From Chara braunii (Eukaryota; Plantae; Charophyceae): a DNA stretch of 64,000 bases. Made by a program: the position numbers and the translations under genes. Position 1 is the first letter of the stretch; each line of letters opens with the position of its first letter. The stretch is taken from NCBI GenBank assembly GCA_003427395.1, contig BFEA01000030.1, positions 1,471,499-1,535,498 of the forward strand, in the 5' to 3' direction. Shown piece by piece: positions 47,558 to 60,066 of this stretch. The notes beneath the pieces are model-generated. The model had not been told where the DNA came from. It worked only from the letters and a program-made list of their open reading frames with translations, and did not search any database.

Positions 47558-48496
47558 TGCGAGGCACAAGGCCTCGATAAGCCCCACTGGGCCCTATTTG
47601 CAACAACGTCGGCCGCCCTAAGCGAAGGCAGGCCCAACAGACCCTGAAAGGCCTATTTTGGACTACTTCGCAGCTGGGGTAATTCAGGCAGTTGCGCTGC
47701 GCAAGTTGGTTGGACGCGCCCAGGCCCTGGCTTCCTTTATCAAATGCATCTGAGTCAGGCCCTGAGCGAGATTCGCAACATAGGCCCAACTCAGGATTGC
47801 GGGCAGTCGGCACAGGTACCTGTCGGCAGCCCTGGGCCAATTCGTTTGGTCTGGGCCTCAACCTACCGGGGCGTACCGGAAGCTTCTTGGGAAAGGCCCA
47901 GTGCAGCCTGGGACAGAACGCAGGCAGGCCACTTCCATATAGCAAAGGGTCTGCCTCCGCATTGGACATTCGGGTGCTGGCTGCATGCTGCACAAGCCCT
48001 GCTGCGCTGAAGCTGGCTGACACTCACGCACTCACGGGCGAGCAGGAAGGAGCGGTCAGCCATAGCCGAGCTGCTCCGATGTGAGGTGGGTGTGGCACAG
48101 GGTGGTCCTTGGGTGCATGTGGCATCTGTGTGTTGGGGAACGAGGTTGAGAGTGATACGAGAGACATACCTGGTGCTAGAAGCGACGACATTGTCCGAGA
48201 TTTGCTCGTACTTTGGTGAAGCTGTTGATGTCATCCTGTGGCATTGTAGACTAGGCTAGATAGGATCTGCCATCTGTAGTCTGGGCGCCGAGCGCCAGAT
48301 AGGATATCAACATTGGTTCTTCGTTGATGATGATGATGGGACTATTTCAACATTGCCAATTATGAGCTCTTGGTGTGTTCTTATTTGGTGAAACTCGTGA
48401 TGCAATTCTGTTGTTGGTTCGAGATCACGACTATTTGGTCTTATGTGTATGATGTTGTTTGATTGCTGAAGTTCGCTATCGTTCATTTTCCTTGCA
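47558..48496 (+). repeat. 5' LTR (939 bp)
   Basis: TGCGAGGCAC...CCTTGCA; 7 substitutions against the 3' LTR in the first ~130 nt. Confidence 0.95.
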
Positions 48497-48499
48497 ATT

Positions 48500-48510
48500 T
48501 GGTATCAGAG
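48500..48510 (+). promoter_or_regulatory. Primer-binding site (tRNA-iMet)
   Basis: TGGTATCAGAG, 3 nt after the LTR. Confidence 0.92.
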
Positions 48511-49770
48511 TTGTGGTACGTTGCGCTCGTCTCGCGCTTGTCTTCTGCCTATGCGGTACATACACGCGGTCTACTTGGTGAGTGAGGTCGTAGGTGGTGT
48601 GTAGTGAGGAGGGCGGAGACAAGGTGTGGTGACCCAGGAGGAGAGGGGAATCGCCAGGAAGGCTACGGTGTGTATATTGGGTGTTCGCAATGTGATAAGA
48701 ACTATCTGGTGGTGGATTGATGCTGAGGTGGAATGGCGAGACAATACTGGTTGTGCCGCTGCAGTGACTGGTCATCGCAATCGCCATCAGGTCATCTGGT
48801 GAGAATATCTGTGGTTGGGGGCAGCTATAATGAGGTACGTTGCTCTTAACCTTATCTACCCTCTTTATCACTTCTTACCGTGAGGTTGTGAGTTCCTTCT
48901 TGAGAGTCCTCTCATTGTGAGGTGTCGTGTGCGCTCAACCTTGAGAGTCAGCATTGTTCACGTGGAGCATCTGGAAGGAGAGGGCGGTGCTTTTTGAAGG
49001 GCCCTGGATGGAGCACTGGGTTACGGTCACCATGCCAACCCACCAGGAGTAGAGCACGCATGCTTTGCTGCTTTGTCCTTGCTGCGCCCATAGAAGGGGT
49101 ACTGAAGGGCAGGCTAGCCCTATGGGAAAGACGAGTACCGGGCGTCTATAAATAAACACCGGCTGGGGAAACCGTTGGCTGTGATCGTCGTCCGGCTGGG
49201 ACGTAAAATAATTCCTGGAGACACTTGGGGGCGGTCGTTAAATTGCCTCTGGATCAACCAGTTGGTGTAAGGCTCGCTGCACGCGAGGATAAACATGGTG
49301 TAGGGCTGGCCAGCTCAGCAGCTGCTCGGGGCACAGGGGTGGGCCGTGTGCACACCTTTAGTCACGCATGCCAAACTGGATTGCTCAGGGACGGTGACGT
49401 CAAGTGACATTCAAGGGGAATTGGGGAAAGGGTAGATTCCTGGTGACATGTTTGAGTAAGATACCATGCTGTGAACAAACCAAACAAACGATTCTATTTT
49501 TATTTTGATTAGTTAGATGTACAACCATTTAACATCTGACAGACATCATTAGTTAAAACTGTTTTTTGTTCCTTGTGCTTTCTGTTTGCGGACTAATCAA
49601 AGTGAAATAGGTTGCGTTTATAGGAATATGAACTTACCTGTTGACCCCAAATGTATCTACTCCGAAATAGCCACCAATTAATTATTTATTTATTTTGAAT
49701 TGGTCTGTGCACTACACTGTGGTAGGCATCCAAAGTGCACTAGTGCAGATTCAGTACAATGCTGTAGCTT

Positions 49771-52167
49771 ATGAGCGATAGGGAGGACACTCGAGAGGAC
49801 GACCGGATCCTGCGATCGGCAAGGCGCCCAATTGCCCATTTGGCACTAGGAGCAGAGGGTGACAGATATTTGTTCCGCCAGCGTAGGGAGAGGCAGCAAC
49901 AAAAGAGGAGAGCTAGAGCAACAGAGGCTAGCAGGGCATTCGTAAGCGAAGCCGCAACTTCGGTAGCCATGGCCACTTCTGCGCAGCAGAGTTCCCAAGC
50001 TAGCAGTTCAGGGTCTGTAGGATCAATGGTCGCGTAGACCCAGAGTCAGTCCACTGGCGTCATGGCAAGCCGGCCATTAGTGTTGTCACCCGAGGAGGTC
50101 GCCATACAGTAGGCTGCCCTGCAGGAGGCACAACTACAGAAGGTTGTAGGAGATATTAAAGCGGAGAAAGAGAAAATGATTAGAAGAAGAGTCAGGATGC
50201 AGCGGACAAAAGCAGACGTTAGTGAGTTAGAGGAAATGGACCCTGCAAAGATGGAGGATGATATGAGGACCATATGGTCGGTCTTGTTAAGCGTAGTAGA
50301 GATGCAAGATCACCAAATGGAGATCTTACAGGATATCCAACAGAGTCCGGCTGTGTTAGTCAGGCGAATGCAGGTGGCATCATCACCGTCTGGGCCCGGT
50401 GCCTGACCCGTTGTACATCCTCATCCTTTTGTCCCACCGGTGACTGGGGTATCCCCATAGACATCTCCAGCATCGGTCCAGACCATTTCCCTGGGTATGC
50501 AGCTATCAGGAGGGTTCTCAACAGGTCCTAGTTTACAGGTTCGTGTACAGCCAGTGTATTCCCAACCTCCATTGCAGATTGCAGTTACCACACAACCTGT
50601 TGTCTCGCAGCCTGCACAGCAGCAGGGTACACAGCCCCAGCAGCCAGTGCAGCAACCTGTATCACAGGGTCCACAACCCAGTGTAATGCAGGGACCGAGA
50701 CAAACTCAGTGGGTGCCAAAGACGGCCATCGCCGCTCTCAAAACCTTTACAGGGGATAAGAGAGGCGAAGACCTCGACACTTGGTTGAGGGCAGTGTCGG
50801 TATATGTCAAGTGTAAACTTACCTTACTGCATGAGGAAGTGCTTGTGGCTGCATCCTAATTAGAGGGTAGTGCAGCACGATGGTTGAGCAGTTTAGTGCA
50901 ACTACTACAGGGGTACGGTCATGATTCTGCGCTTGGGCAGCCCACCAGAAACTGGAGGACTTCCTCAAGATGGTGGACAGGTGACATGATCCTCACGAGG
51001 CTCAAAAAGTCACTGATGCGATCCTGGCACTGCACACAAGGCAGTTTAAGTCAGTTACGGAGGCCACTGACGATGTAGAGCGTCTGATCTGTGTCCCTGG
51101 GGTGCGCTATGACCCCCAGGTATTACTCACCTCCCATGTGCGATGCTTTCTTATGCCTCTCAGGAATCAGTTGGCAGGTGAGGCCAACATCAATGTGCAC
51201 AACTTCCCCTCGTTCAACAAGAAAGCCCTAGACCTTGAGGCGAAGATAGGGCATGGACATAATCCCACAACGGATGGTAGGAAGAAAACATTGTCTCCCA
51301 ACTGGAAGGCGAAGGGTCGCATTATGTTTGTCGATAACGACGGTTAACAGCCATTTCGTCAAAACGGACATATTATATTTTTTGAACGAAATCAAAACTG
51401 ATTTTTTTTGCCAAAATCCGGTCGGAATTTTTTGCTCTTGGGGGTCCGGCGTTCCCAAAATGCCGGACCCCCCTGGTCTATGGTTGAGACCAGATACAAA
51501 AAAANNNNNNNNNNNNNNNNNNNNNNNNNNNNNNNNNNNNNNNNNNNNNNNNNNNNNNNNNNNNNNNNNNNNNNNNNNNNNNNNNNNNNNNNNNNNNNNN
51601 NNNNNNNNNNNNNNNNNNNNNNNNNNNNNNNNNNNNNNNNNNNNNNNCCGGCGTTTTGGGAACGCCGGACCCCCAGGATTAAAAAATTCTGACCGGATTT
51701 TGGCAAAAAAAGTCAGTTTTGATTTCGTTCAAAAAATATAATATGTCCGTTTTGACGAAATGGCTGTTGGTTCAACCATCGAGCTAGATAACAACTTCCA
51801 GGAGGGAGTGGGTTGAAAGGCTGGCATCGTAGAAGCTTCAGGGGGTGGAGTAGTCGCTGCCATAGCACAGAAAGGTAAGGCGACCAGTAGACGCCATGGA
51901 GGCTCCTGGTCTAGGAGTCAAGTTGACCCCAATGCTCCCCCATGGGAGAAGGCAGGTCTCACTGAAGACGTGTGGAGAGATCGGTACACACGGCAGACTT
52001 GTATCCGTTGTGGCCAATATGGCCATAATCAATTCAAGTGCCGAAATAAGAAGGTGACCGAGAAGATCCCGCCTACGATGGGGCAGGCGTTGGGATCCTC
52101 CCCTCCCGTTGGTAGCAATGTGGCTAGCACTTCTGGCATTGCTCTCGAAAACACGTCGGGCCAGTAG
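49771..52167 (+). pseudogene. gag (coiled coil, Q/P-rich linker, capsid, CCHC knuckle), disrupted
   Basis: KTFTGDKRGEDLDTWL, AAS*LEGSAARWL, CIRCGQYGHNQFKC (52000-52041). Confidence 0.88.
51346..51768. mobile_element. MITE with >100-bp TIRs (AACAGCCATTTCGTCAAAACGGACAT...) inserted in gag
   Basis: Near-perfect long TIRs; 4-bp TSD GGTT; removal restores DNDGSTIELD. Confidence 0.92.
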
Positions 52168-55100
52168 GAATGGTAGATTTTCCTGCTAGGGTCGAGGTGG
52201 TGGATACATCCTCACCATCTCGAGAGATGGCCCAAACTACTGACTCCATTGTCATCCCGCAAACACATTCAGACCAATCGAGCCTCTGTTCGATGAATGT
52301 GTTTGAGTCCTTAGAGGAGCTAGAGGAGGAGTGGTCTAGATGAGACCCGCTAGCTTATTGGACGACATTATTCAAAGCCCCTAAGGGTGAGATGTTCGTC
52401 TGTGAGGTGGTCATTGGCGACCACAAGGTCGGGGCCTATTATGACACTTGCTCGACTAGGAACTTTATCAGCCGCGCGTGCGTTGAGAGGCTACGTTTAC
52501 AGGGGTGAGTGCAGCGCCTGAGTCGACTTGTGGAGTCGATCTGTGCCAATAAACAGCGCATGGTAGTCAGTGACTACCTCCAAGATGTTGAGTGTTGTTT
52601 CCCGTACGCGGGAGGGGAACTGAGGCATCGCGTCTCGGTCCTAGTGAGCGAAGAACTCCCCATGGATATATTGTTAGGTATGTACTACCTCTCTGTGGCA
52701 CAACCCCAGTTTGACTGGGACCGAAACGTGGTCAAACACACTTTGCCAGGTGGAGGGACCGCCATATTACGTAAGTTCAAAGCTAGTAGTCTGGTCGAGT
52801 CCCATGGATGCATGTGTGCGGCCGCGTTCTATAATTATTATAAGCAAAATCAGGAGGAGGGTATGTATCTAGTTTATGTCTCGGCTGCAGGCGAGCCGGT
52901 GAAAATGTCGCCAGAGATAGAGGGAGTAGTCGCTAAGTACCCTGATCTATTTGAAGAGCCGATAGGGGTTGTTGAGATGGAGGTCGTCCACGCGATAGAG
53001 ATTATCCCAGGGTCTAGCATCCCAAAGGGTAGGATATATCGGATGTCTCCAGGCGAGCTTGACGAGCTTCGCCGACAACTCAAGGAACTCGTAGAAAAGG
53101 GTTGGATCCGATCGAGTGTTTCTCCTTATGGGTCTCCAGTCCTATTTGTACCCAAGAAGAAGGAAGGAACACTTAGGATGTGCATTGACTATAGGGGCCT
53201 CAATGCCATCACTGTCAAGAATAGAGAGCCCCTACCACGCATGGATGACTTGCTAGATAGAGTGCAAGGGTGTCGGTACTTCAGTAAGATAGATCTGAAG
53301 TTCGGGTACCATCAAATTGCAATCCGGCCCGAGGATCAACACAAAACTGCTTTTCAGACCAGGTACGGCCTGTACGAGTTTGTGGTGATGACTTTCGACC
53401 TTTGCAATGCTCCTGGCACCTTTCAACACTATGAATCGGATATTTCATTGCTACTTGGATAAGTTTGTCATCGTGTACCTCGATGACATACTTACTTTTA
53501 GTAAGACTGTCGAGGAGCACGTTGCGCACTTGGACAAAGTCCTTAGTCATCTACGATAACACAAGTTCACGATCAACGTTGAGAAGTGCGAGTTTGGCCG
53601 CCCCCGTGTCTTGTACTTGGGTCATGAGATTTCTGCGGAGGGACTGAAGCCCGATGACGCGAAGGTGGGCAGCATTCGTGACTGGCCGCGTCCTTAGTCT
53701 GTGACTTAGATGATGTTTTTTCTAGGGATGACCGGCTACTATCGCAACTTCGTGAAGAACTATAGCATAGTTGTCGCCCCTTTGTCTGACCTGACTCGCC
53801 TCGACACCCCACGGGAGTGGATAGACAGATGCGAGGCTTCTTTCAGACATCATAAGCATGCGTTGACGCATCATGAGGTCTTGAAACTTGCAGATCCTTA
53901 CAAGCCATTTGTAGTAACTACGGATGCCAGCCAATATGACATAGGCGTTGTACTTGCACAGCAGGAGGGGAAAAAGTTAAGGCCAGTAGAGTACATGTCC
54001 AAAAAGATGCCCTCTCAGAAGTTGGCTAAGTCCACCTATGAGAAGGAACTCTATGCAATCTACAAGGCGCTCACCTATTGGAGACACTATCTCTTTGGGA
54101 GGTTCTTCTACGTCAGGACTGATCATCATACCCTGAAGTGGATGAGAACCCAGCCTGTGCTCTCTGACGCTCTGAAGCGTTGGATTGAAGTCATAGAGCA
54201 GTATGACTTTGAGCCCCAGTACATCAAGGGTGAGTGTTGATCCGTTGTCGCGTAGACCTGATTTCTCTGGTGCGCTGATCACTGAGTTTGGGCTTGCGAA
54301 CGATGTTACTCAGTCTATGGTGGAGGCCTATCGCGAGGACCGGTTTATGTCTGAGATCATACACAGACTCGAGACGAAGGACAAAGCGACTTCTACCGAG
54401 TTTGAGTTGGTCAACGGACTGTTGTTCCTTGAGAAGGCAAGGAATAAACGTTTGTGTGTACCAAATAGAGAGTCTTTGCGTAGTTTATTTTTAGGTGAGT
54501 GTCATGATGCCACCGACCATTTTGGTTTCAAAAAGATTGCAGCTAATCTGCTGCAGCGGTTCTGGTGGCCCACGATGATGAGAGATGCTAAGCTGTACGT
54601 GGAGACTTGTCAGGTCTGTCAGAGAGACAAGCCCTGTACACAGGCCCCTCTTGGGCTCCTCAAGCCCCTTCCAATTCCGAAAAGGTCCGGTGAGAGTTTG
54701 TCCACGGACTTCATGGATACGCTGGTAAACAGCAAGAGCGGAATGAGATACATCTTTGTTATCGTGGATAGGTATAGTAAGTACGCTAGGTTAGTTGCAA
54801 TGCCAGAGTCAACGAAGACTGAGCATGTGATTAAGTTGTTAAAAAAGAACTGGGTTAGAGATTTTGGATTGCCAAAGACTATAGTCAGTGACCGTGATGT
54901 GCGCTTCACAAGCGAAATGTGGAAAGCCGCAGCTGCAGAACAGGGAATGCAGTTGCAGATGACATCAGAAAACCATCCTGAGGCGAATGGACAAGCAGAA
55001 CAGTTCAACCGCGCCGTACAACACCTGTTGAGGCATTACATCAAGCCAAATCAGGTAGACAGCGATGAGAAACTTGCTCTCATTGTCAGCCTATACAACA

Positions 55101-55818
55101 ACGCGGTCCACAGCGCAACGGGCGTGATAATAGTCTGCTATTAACCTTCAAACCTAGACTTCCCTTGGATTTCTTACTACCCGAGAACCAGCCCTCTGCT
55201 GCACCAGAGACTTTAGAGTTTGCTTATCGATATGAGAAGCTGATGCAGGCTGTGGAGCAAATGCAGAAGACACAGGCGGCGATGATAGAGTCTGAGAACA
55301 AACACCGTCGTCCATCCACGTTTCAGGTAGGAGAGAAAGTCTGGGTCAAGTCCTCAGAACTGGGACAGGAACACGGAATCTCCCGTAAACTCATGCCACA
55401 GTACTTTGGACCATGGGAGATTCTATATGTTGTTGGGAATGAGCCAGATGGGTCATCTTATGTTGTCCGCATCCCTGGTCACTTACGCACTTACCCTGTT
55501 TTCCACGCCTCTAAGTTTGCACCTTTTAAAGAAACAGATCAGTTTCCGTCTCGTCGCTCGATGCTGCCCCCAACCATGGATTGAGAGGTCGACATCGATG
55601 ATATTGTTGACCACCGGGAGATGCCAGTTCCAAGACTAACAGGCAGAGGACGTCCTCCGAAACCGAACCTGCAGTATCGAGTTCGGTTCAGACATCACAC
55701 TCATCCAAAGGAGGACAGATGGTTCACAAGGGAGGAACTGATGCAGACCGCTCCACAGGTAGTCGCCCACTATAAGAAGTCTTTACGAAAAGGAAAGCGC
55801 CAGATTATTGAAGAATGA
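52149..55818 (+). pseudogene. pol: protease, RT, RNase H, integrase, chromodomain
   Basis: YYDTCSTRNFIS; [39 protein letters not shown]; TDASQ, YEKEL, RTDH; CHD..HFG, CQVCQ, DFMD, SDRD, GQAE, YFGPW; multiple stops and frameshifts. Confidence 0.95.
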
Positions 55819-55843
55819 ACTTCTCAGAGGACTAGCGCAGTTT

Positions 55844-55854
55844 GGAGGAGGGAA
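55844..55854 (+). promoter_or_regulatory. Polypurine tract
   Basis: GGAGGAGGGAA immediately before the 3' LTR. Confidence 0.9.
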
Positions 55855-57401
55855 TGCGAGGCACAAGGCCTCGATAAGCCCCACTGGGCCCTACTTGCAA
55901 CAACGTCAGCCGCCCTAAGTGAAGGCAGGCCCGACAGACCCTCAGAGGCCTATTTTGGACTACTTCGCAACTGGGGTAATTCAGGCAGTTGCGTTGCGCC
56001 AGTTGGTTGGCCGCGCCCAGACCCTGGCTTCCTTTATCAAATGCATATGAGTCAGGCCCTGGGCGAGATTCGCAACACATGCCCAACTCAGGATTGCGGG
56101 CAGGTGGCACAGGTAACTGTCGGCAGCCCTGGGCCAATTCGTTTGGTCTGGGCCTCAGCCTACCGGGGCCTATCGGAAGCTTCTTGGGAAAGGCCTAGTG
56201 CAGCCTGGGACAGAACGCAGGCAGGCCACTTCCATATAGCAAAGGGTTTGCCTCCGCATTGGATATTCGGATGTTGGCTGCATGCTGCGCAAGCGCTGCT
56301 GCACTGAAGCTGGTTGGCACTCACACGCTCACGGCCGAGCAGGAAGGAGCGGGCAGCCATAGCCGAGCTGCTCCGCTGTGAGCTGGGTGTGGCGCATGCC
56401 CCTATGTTGCACGGTGGCCGCGGCCTGGTTCGGCCCAGGCCGCGGCTGGGCCGGCCGAGTACTTTCGGTTGATGCCGCCGCGAATCAGGGAAGGGGGTTG
56501 GGGGGCGGGGAACGGGTCTCGAGTCGGGGGTGGGGCCCTACCTCCTCGCAAAAAAAAAAACATAAGAATTTCAAAAACGGGGGAGGTGGATTTGGAAGAC
56601 NNNNNNNNNNNNNNNNNNNNNNNNNNNNNNNNNNNNNNNNNNNNNNNNNNNNNNNNNNNNNNNNNNNNNNNNNNNNNNNNNNNNNNNNNNNNNNNNNNNN
56701 NNNNNNNNNNNNNNNNNNNNNNNNNNNNNNNNNNNNNNNNNNNNNNNNNNNNNNNNNNNNNNNNNNNNNNNNNNNNNNNNNNNNNNNNNNNNNNNNNNNN
56801 NNNNNNNNNNNNNNNNNNNNNNNNNNNNNNNNNNNNNNNNNNNNNNNNNNNNNNNNNNNNNNNNNNNNNNNNNNNNNNNNNNNNNNNNNNNNNNNNNNNN
56901 NNNNNNNNNNNNNNNNNNNNNNNNNNNNNNNNNNNNNNNNNNNNNNNNNNNNNNNNNNNNNNNNNNNNNNNNNNNNNNNNNNNNNNNNNNNNNNNNNNNN
57001 NNNNNNNNNNNNNNNNNNNNNNNNNNNNNNNNNNNNNNNNNNNNNNNNNNNNNNNNNNNNNNNNNNNNNNNNNNNNNNNNNNNNNNNNNNNNNNNNNNNN
57101 NNNNNNNNNNNNNNNNNNNNNNNNNNNNNNNNNNNNNNNNNNNNNNNNNNNNNNNNNNNNNNNNNNNNNNNNNNNNNNNNNNNNNNNNNNNNNNNNNNNN
57201 NNNNNNNNNNNNNNNNNNNNNNNNNNNNNNNNNNNNNNNNNNNNNNNNNNNNNNNNNNNNNNNNNNNNNNNNNNNNNNNNNNNNNNNNNNNNNNNNNNNN
57301 NNNNNNNNNNNNNNNNNNNNNNNNNNNNNNNNNNNNNNNNNNNNNNNNNNNNNNNNNNNNNNNNNNNNNNNNNNNNNNNNNNNNNNNNNNNNNNNNNNNN
57401 N

Positions 57402-57434
<33 letters not shown>

Positions 57435-58107
57435 TTGCACGGGGTTTCGAAGAGGTTTTTTTTTTCTTTTTCTTTTTTCTGTTTTTAGTTTTTGTTACGC
57501 AATTGAAAACAATAATGCCCCCCCCAAAAATATGGGCGTTGAGGGTTTTTTTAGCCCTACACGCCCATATATATATATATATATATTTTCATGCGTTAAA
57601 AAAAAAAAAATTGCTGCACGCAACTCGGCTGGTCGGCCTAGGCCGAACCGAGCTGATTCGGCCATCGGCCGAGGCCGCGGCCGATTCGGACCCCCCGGCC
57701 GCGGCCGGGCGTGCAACATAGGCGCAGGGTGGTCCTTGGGTGCATGTGGCATCTGTATGTTGGGGAACGAGGTTCAAAGTGATACGAGAGACGTACCTGG
57801 TGCTAGAAGCAACGACATTTTCCGAGATCTGCTCGTACTTCGGTGAAGTTGTTGACGTCATCCGGCGACATTGTAGATTAGGCTCTGTAGTCTAGGCGTC
57901 GAGCGCCAGATAGGATATCAACATTGGTTCTTCGTTGATGATGATGATGGGACTATTTCATCATTGTCAATTATGAGCTCTTGGTGTGTTCTTATTTGGT
58001 GAAACTCTTGATGCAATTTTGTTGTTGGTTCGAGGTGACGACTATCTGGTTTTATGTGTATGATGCTGTTTGATTGTTGAAGTTCGCTATCGCTCATCTT
58101 CCTTGCA
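55855..58107 (+). repeat. 3' LTR, interrupted by a hAT-like insertion
   Basis: Matches the 5' LTR at 55855-56396 and 57722-58107. Confidence 0.93.
56402..57721. mobile_element. hAT-like non-autonomous element (contains a gap)
   Basis: Perfect TIR CTATGTTGCACG/CGTGCAACATAG; CGGCC subterminal repeats; duplicated GCGCA with an imperfect left TSD. Confidence 0.85.
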
Positions 58108-58672
58108 CTGAGGAGGGAGGGCCGAAAAACACAGGTTTGCGTTTCCTAACCCAAATGTTGTCAGAATCAGTCCTAATTTGGTGGGCTTTCTGTCTATACC
58201 CTATGGAAGAACCCCACCAAGTCTGGTCGGAGTCCGTCGTCGTTTGCCCCTACTTGCCTGTTTCGAGCACTGCCCGAGGCTCTAGGCGAACAGTTCGGCA
58301 AAGTCTATTTTCCGTTTTTGCAGGAAAATGGACTCGGATGGCCTGAAGGTTTTGCAGGTCATCTATCTGTGCCTATGATATGGGGTCTGTGAAGTCACAA
58401 CCCCCGTATCCTTATTTTGATGGTCTTGGTTGCCGGTGGCCTTGGGCCGTACCGATGACTTGACGTTTTTCGGACCATCCTTTGCTCCAGGGACCAGCTC
58501 GTGTTCTCAGCAGCAGCAGCAGCCTGGTTTGGTCAGGCGTCAACAGAAACAGTAGCAGGACCTTTCTTACTAGCAGCAGCAGCAGTAGTATATGTTTCCT
58601 ACCTACCTTTCCCTACACGTTCGATTAGTGCACAGGGGTCTCCCTAGGCCACGTATGTGTCAAGCTGATTAA

Positions 58673-60066
58673 CTAGGGAAGAAGCAGGCTATCACCAAGT
58701 GCAAGAACTGGACAAGGCATGGGCAGGACAAGGAAAAACACATGCATCTCACACTGGAAACGCTAGGAAGGAATCAGGCTATCACCAAATGCAAGAAATG
58801 AACCAAGCATGAGTGTGACAAGGGAAAACACATGCATTTCATAAGTTGTACAGCTAGGGAAGAATCAGACTATCACCAAGTGCAAGGAAAGGACAAGGCA
58901 TGAGAGTGACAAGAGAGAACATATACTCCACACAAAGTTGAATCACTAGGGAAGAATCAGACTATCACCAAGTGCAAGGAATGGATAAAGCATGCGCATG
59001 ACAAGGGAAAGCACATGCTCCACAAAAGTTGAACAGCTAAGGAAGAATCAGACTATCACCATGTGCAAGGAATGGACAAAGCATGAGTGTGACAAAAGAA
59101 AACACAGACATATCCCAAGTTGAATAGCTAGGGAAGAATCGGACTATCACCAAGTGCAAGGAATGAACAACGTATGAGTATGTCAAGACAAAAAACAGAA
59201 ATATCATAAGTTGAACAACTAAGGAAGGAATAGGCTATCACTAAGTGTAAGGAATGAACCAAGCATGAGCGTGACAAGGAAAACTTCATGCATTTCACAA
59301 GTTGAAAAGCTAGGGAAGAATCGGGCTATCACCAAGTGTAGGAATGGATAAAGCATGAGTGTGATAAGGGAAAACTCATACATTTCACAAGTTAAACAAC
59401 TAACGAAGAATCGGACTATCACCAAATGCAAGGAATGAACAAAGCATGACTGTGACAAGGGAAAACACATGCTCCACACAGGCTGAAAAACTAGGGGAGA
59501 ATGAGACTATCACCAAGTACAAGGAATGGACAAAGCACGAGTATGACAAGAGGAAACACAAGCATATTACAAGTTGAACTGGTAGGGAAAAATCGGGCTA
59601 TCACCAAGTGCAAGGAATGAACAAAGTACGAGTATGACAAAAGGAAACACAGACATATCACAAGTTGAACAGCTAGGGAAGAATCGGGCTATCACCAAGT
59701 GCAAGGAATAGACAAAGCATGAGTATGACAAGAGGAAATACAAGCATATCACAAGTTGAACATCTAGGGAGGTATCGGGCTATCACCAAGTGCAAGGGAT
59801 GAACAGAGCATGAGTGTGTCAAGGGAAAACACATGCATTTCACAAGTTGTACAACCAAGGACGAATCGGACTATCACCAAGTGAATGAAACAGACAAAGC
59901 AAGAATGTGACTAGTGAGATCACATGCATAAGACTAGTGGAACAACCAAGGATGAATCGGACTATCACCAAGTGCATGACATAGACAAAGCAAGAGTGTG
60001 ATTATTGAGAACACATTCAAATGACCAGTTGAACATGCAAGGGTGAATCGGACTATCACCAAGTGC
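58673..60066. repeat. 91-bp satellite, ~15 copies
   Basis: Unit CTAGGGAAGAATCGGACTATCACCAAGTGCAAGGAATGGACAAAGCATGAGTGTGACAAG...AAGTTGAACAG; starts at 58854, 58946, 59037, 59128 and onward. Confidence 0.95.

Larger units (their letters stand above)
47558..58107 (+). mobile_element. Full-length decayed Ty3/Gypsy chromovirus
   Basis: Two TG...CA LTRs, PBS, gag, PR-RT-RH-IN-chromodomain, PPT; TSD CTAA/CTGA. Confidence 0.96.
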
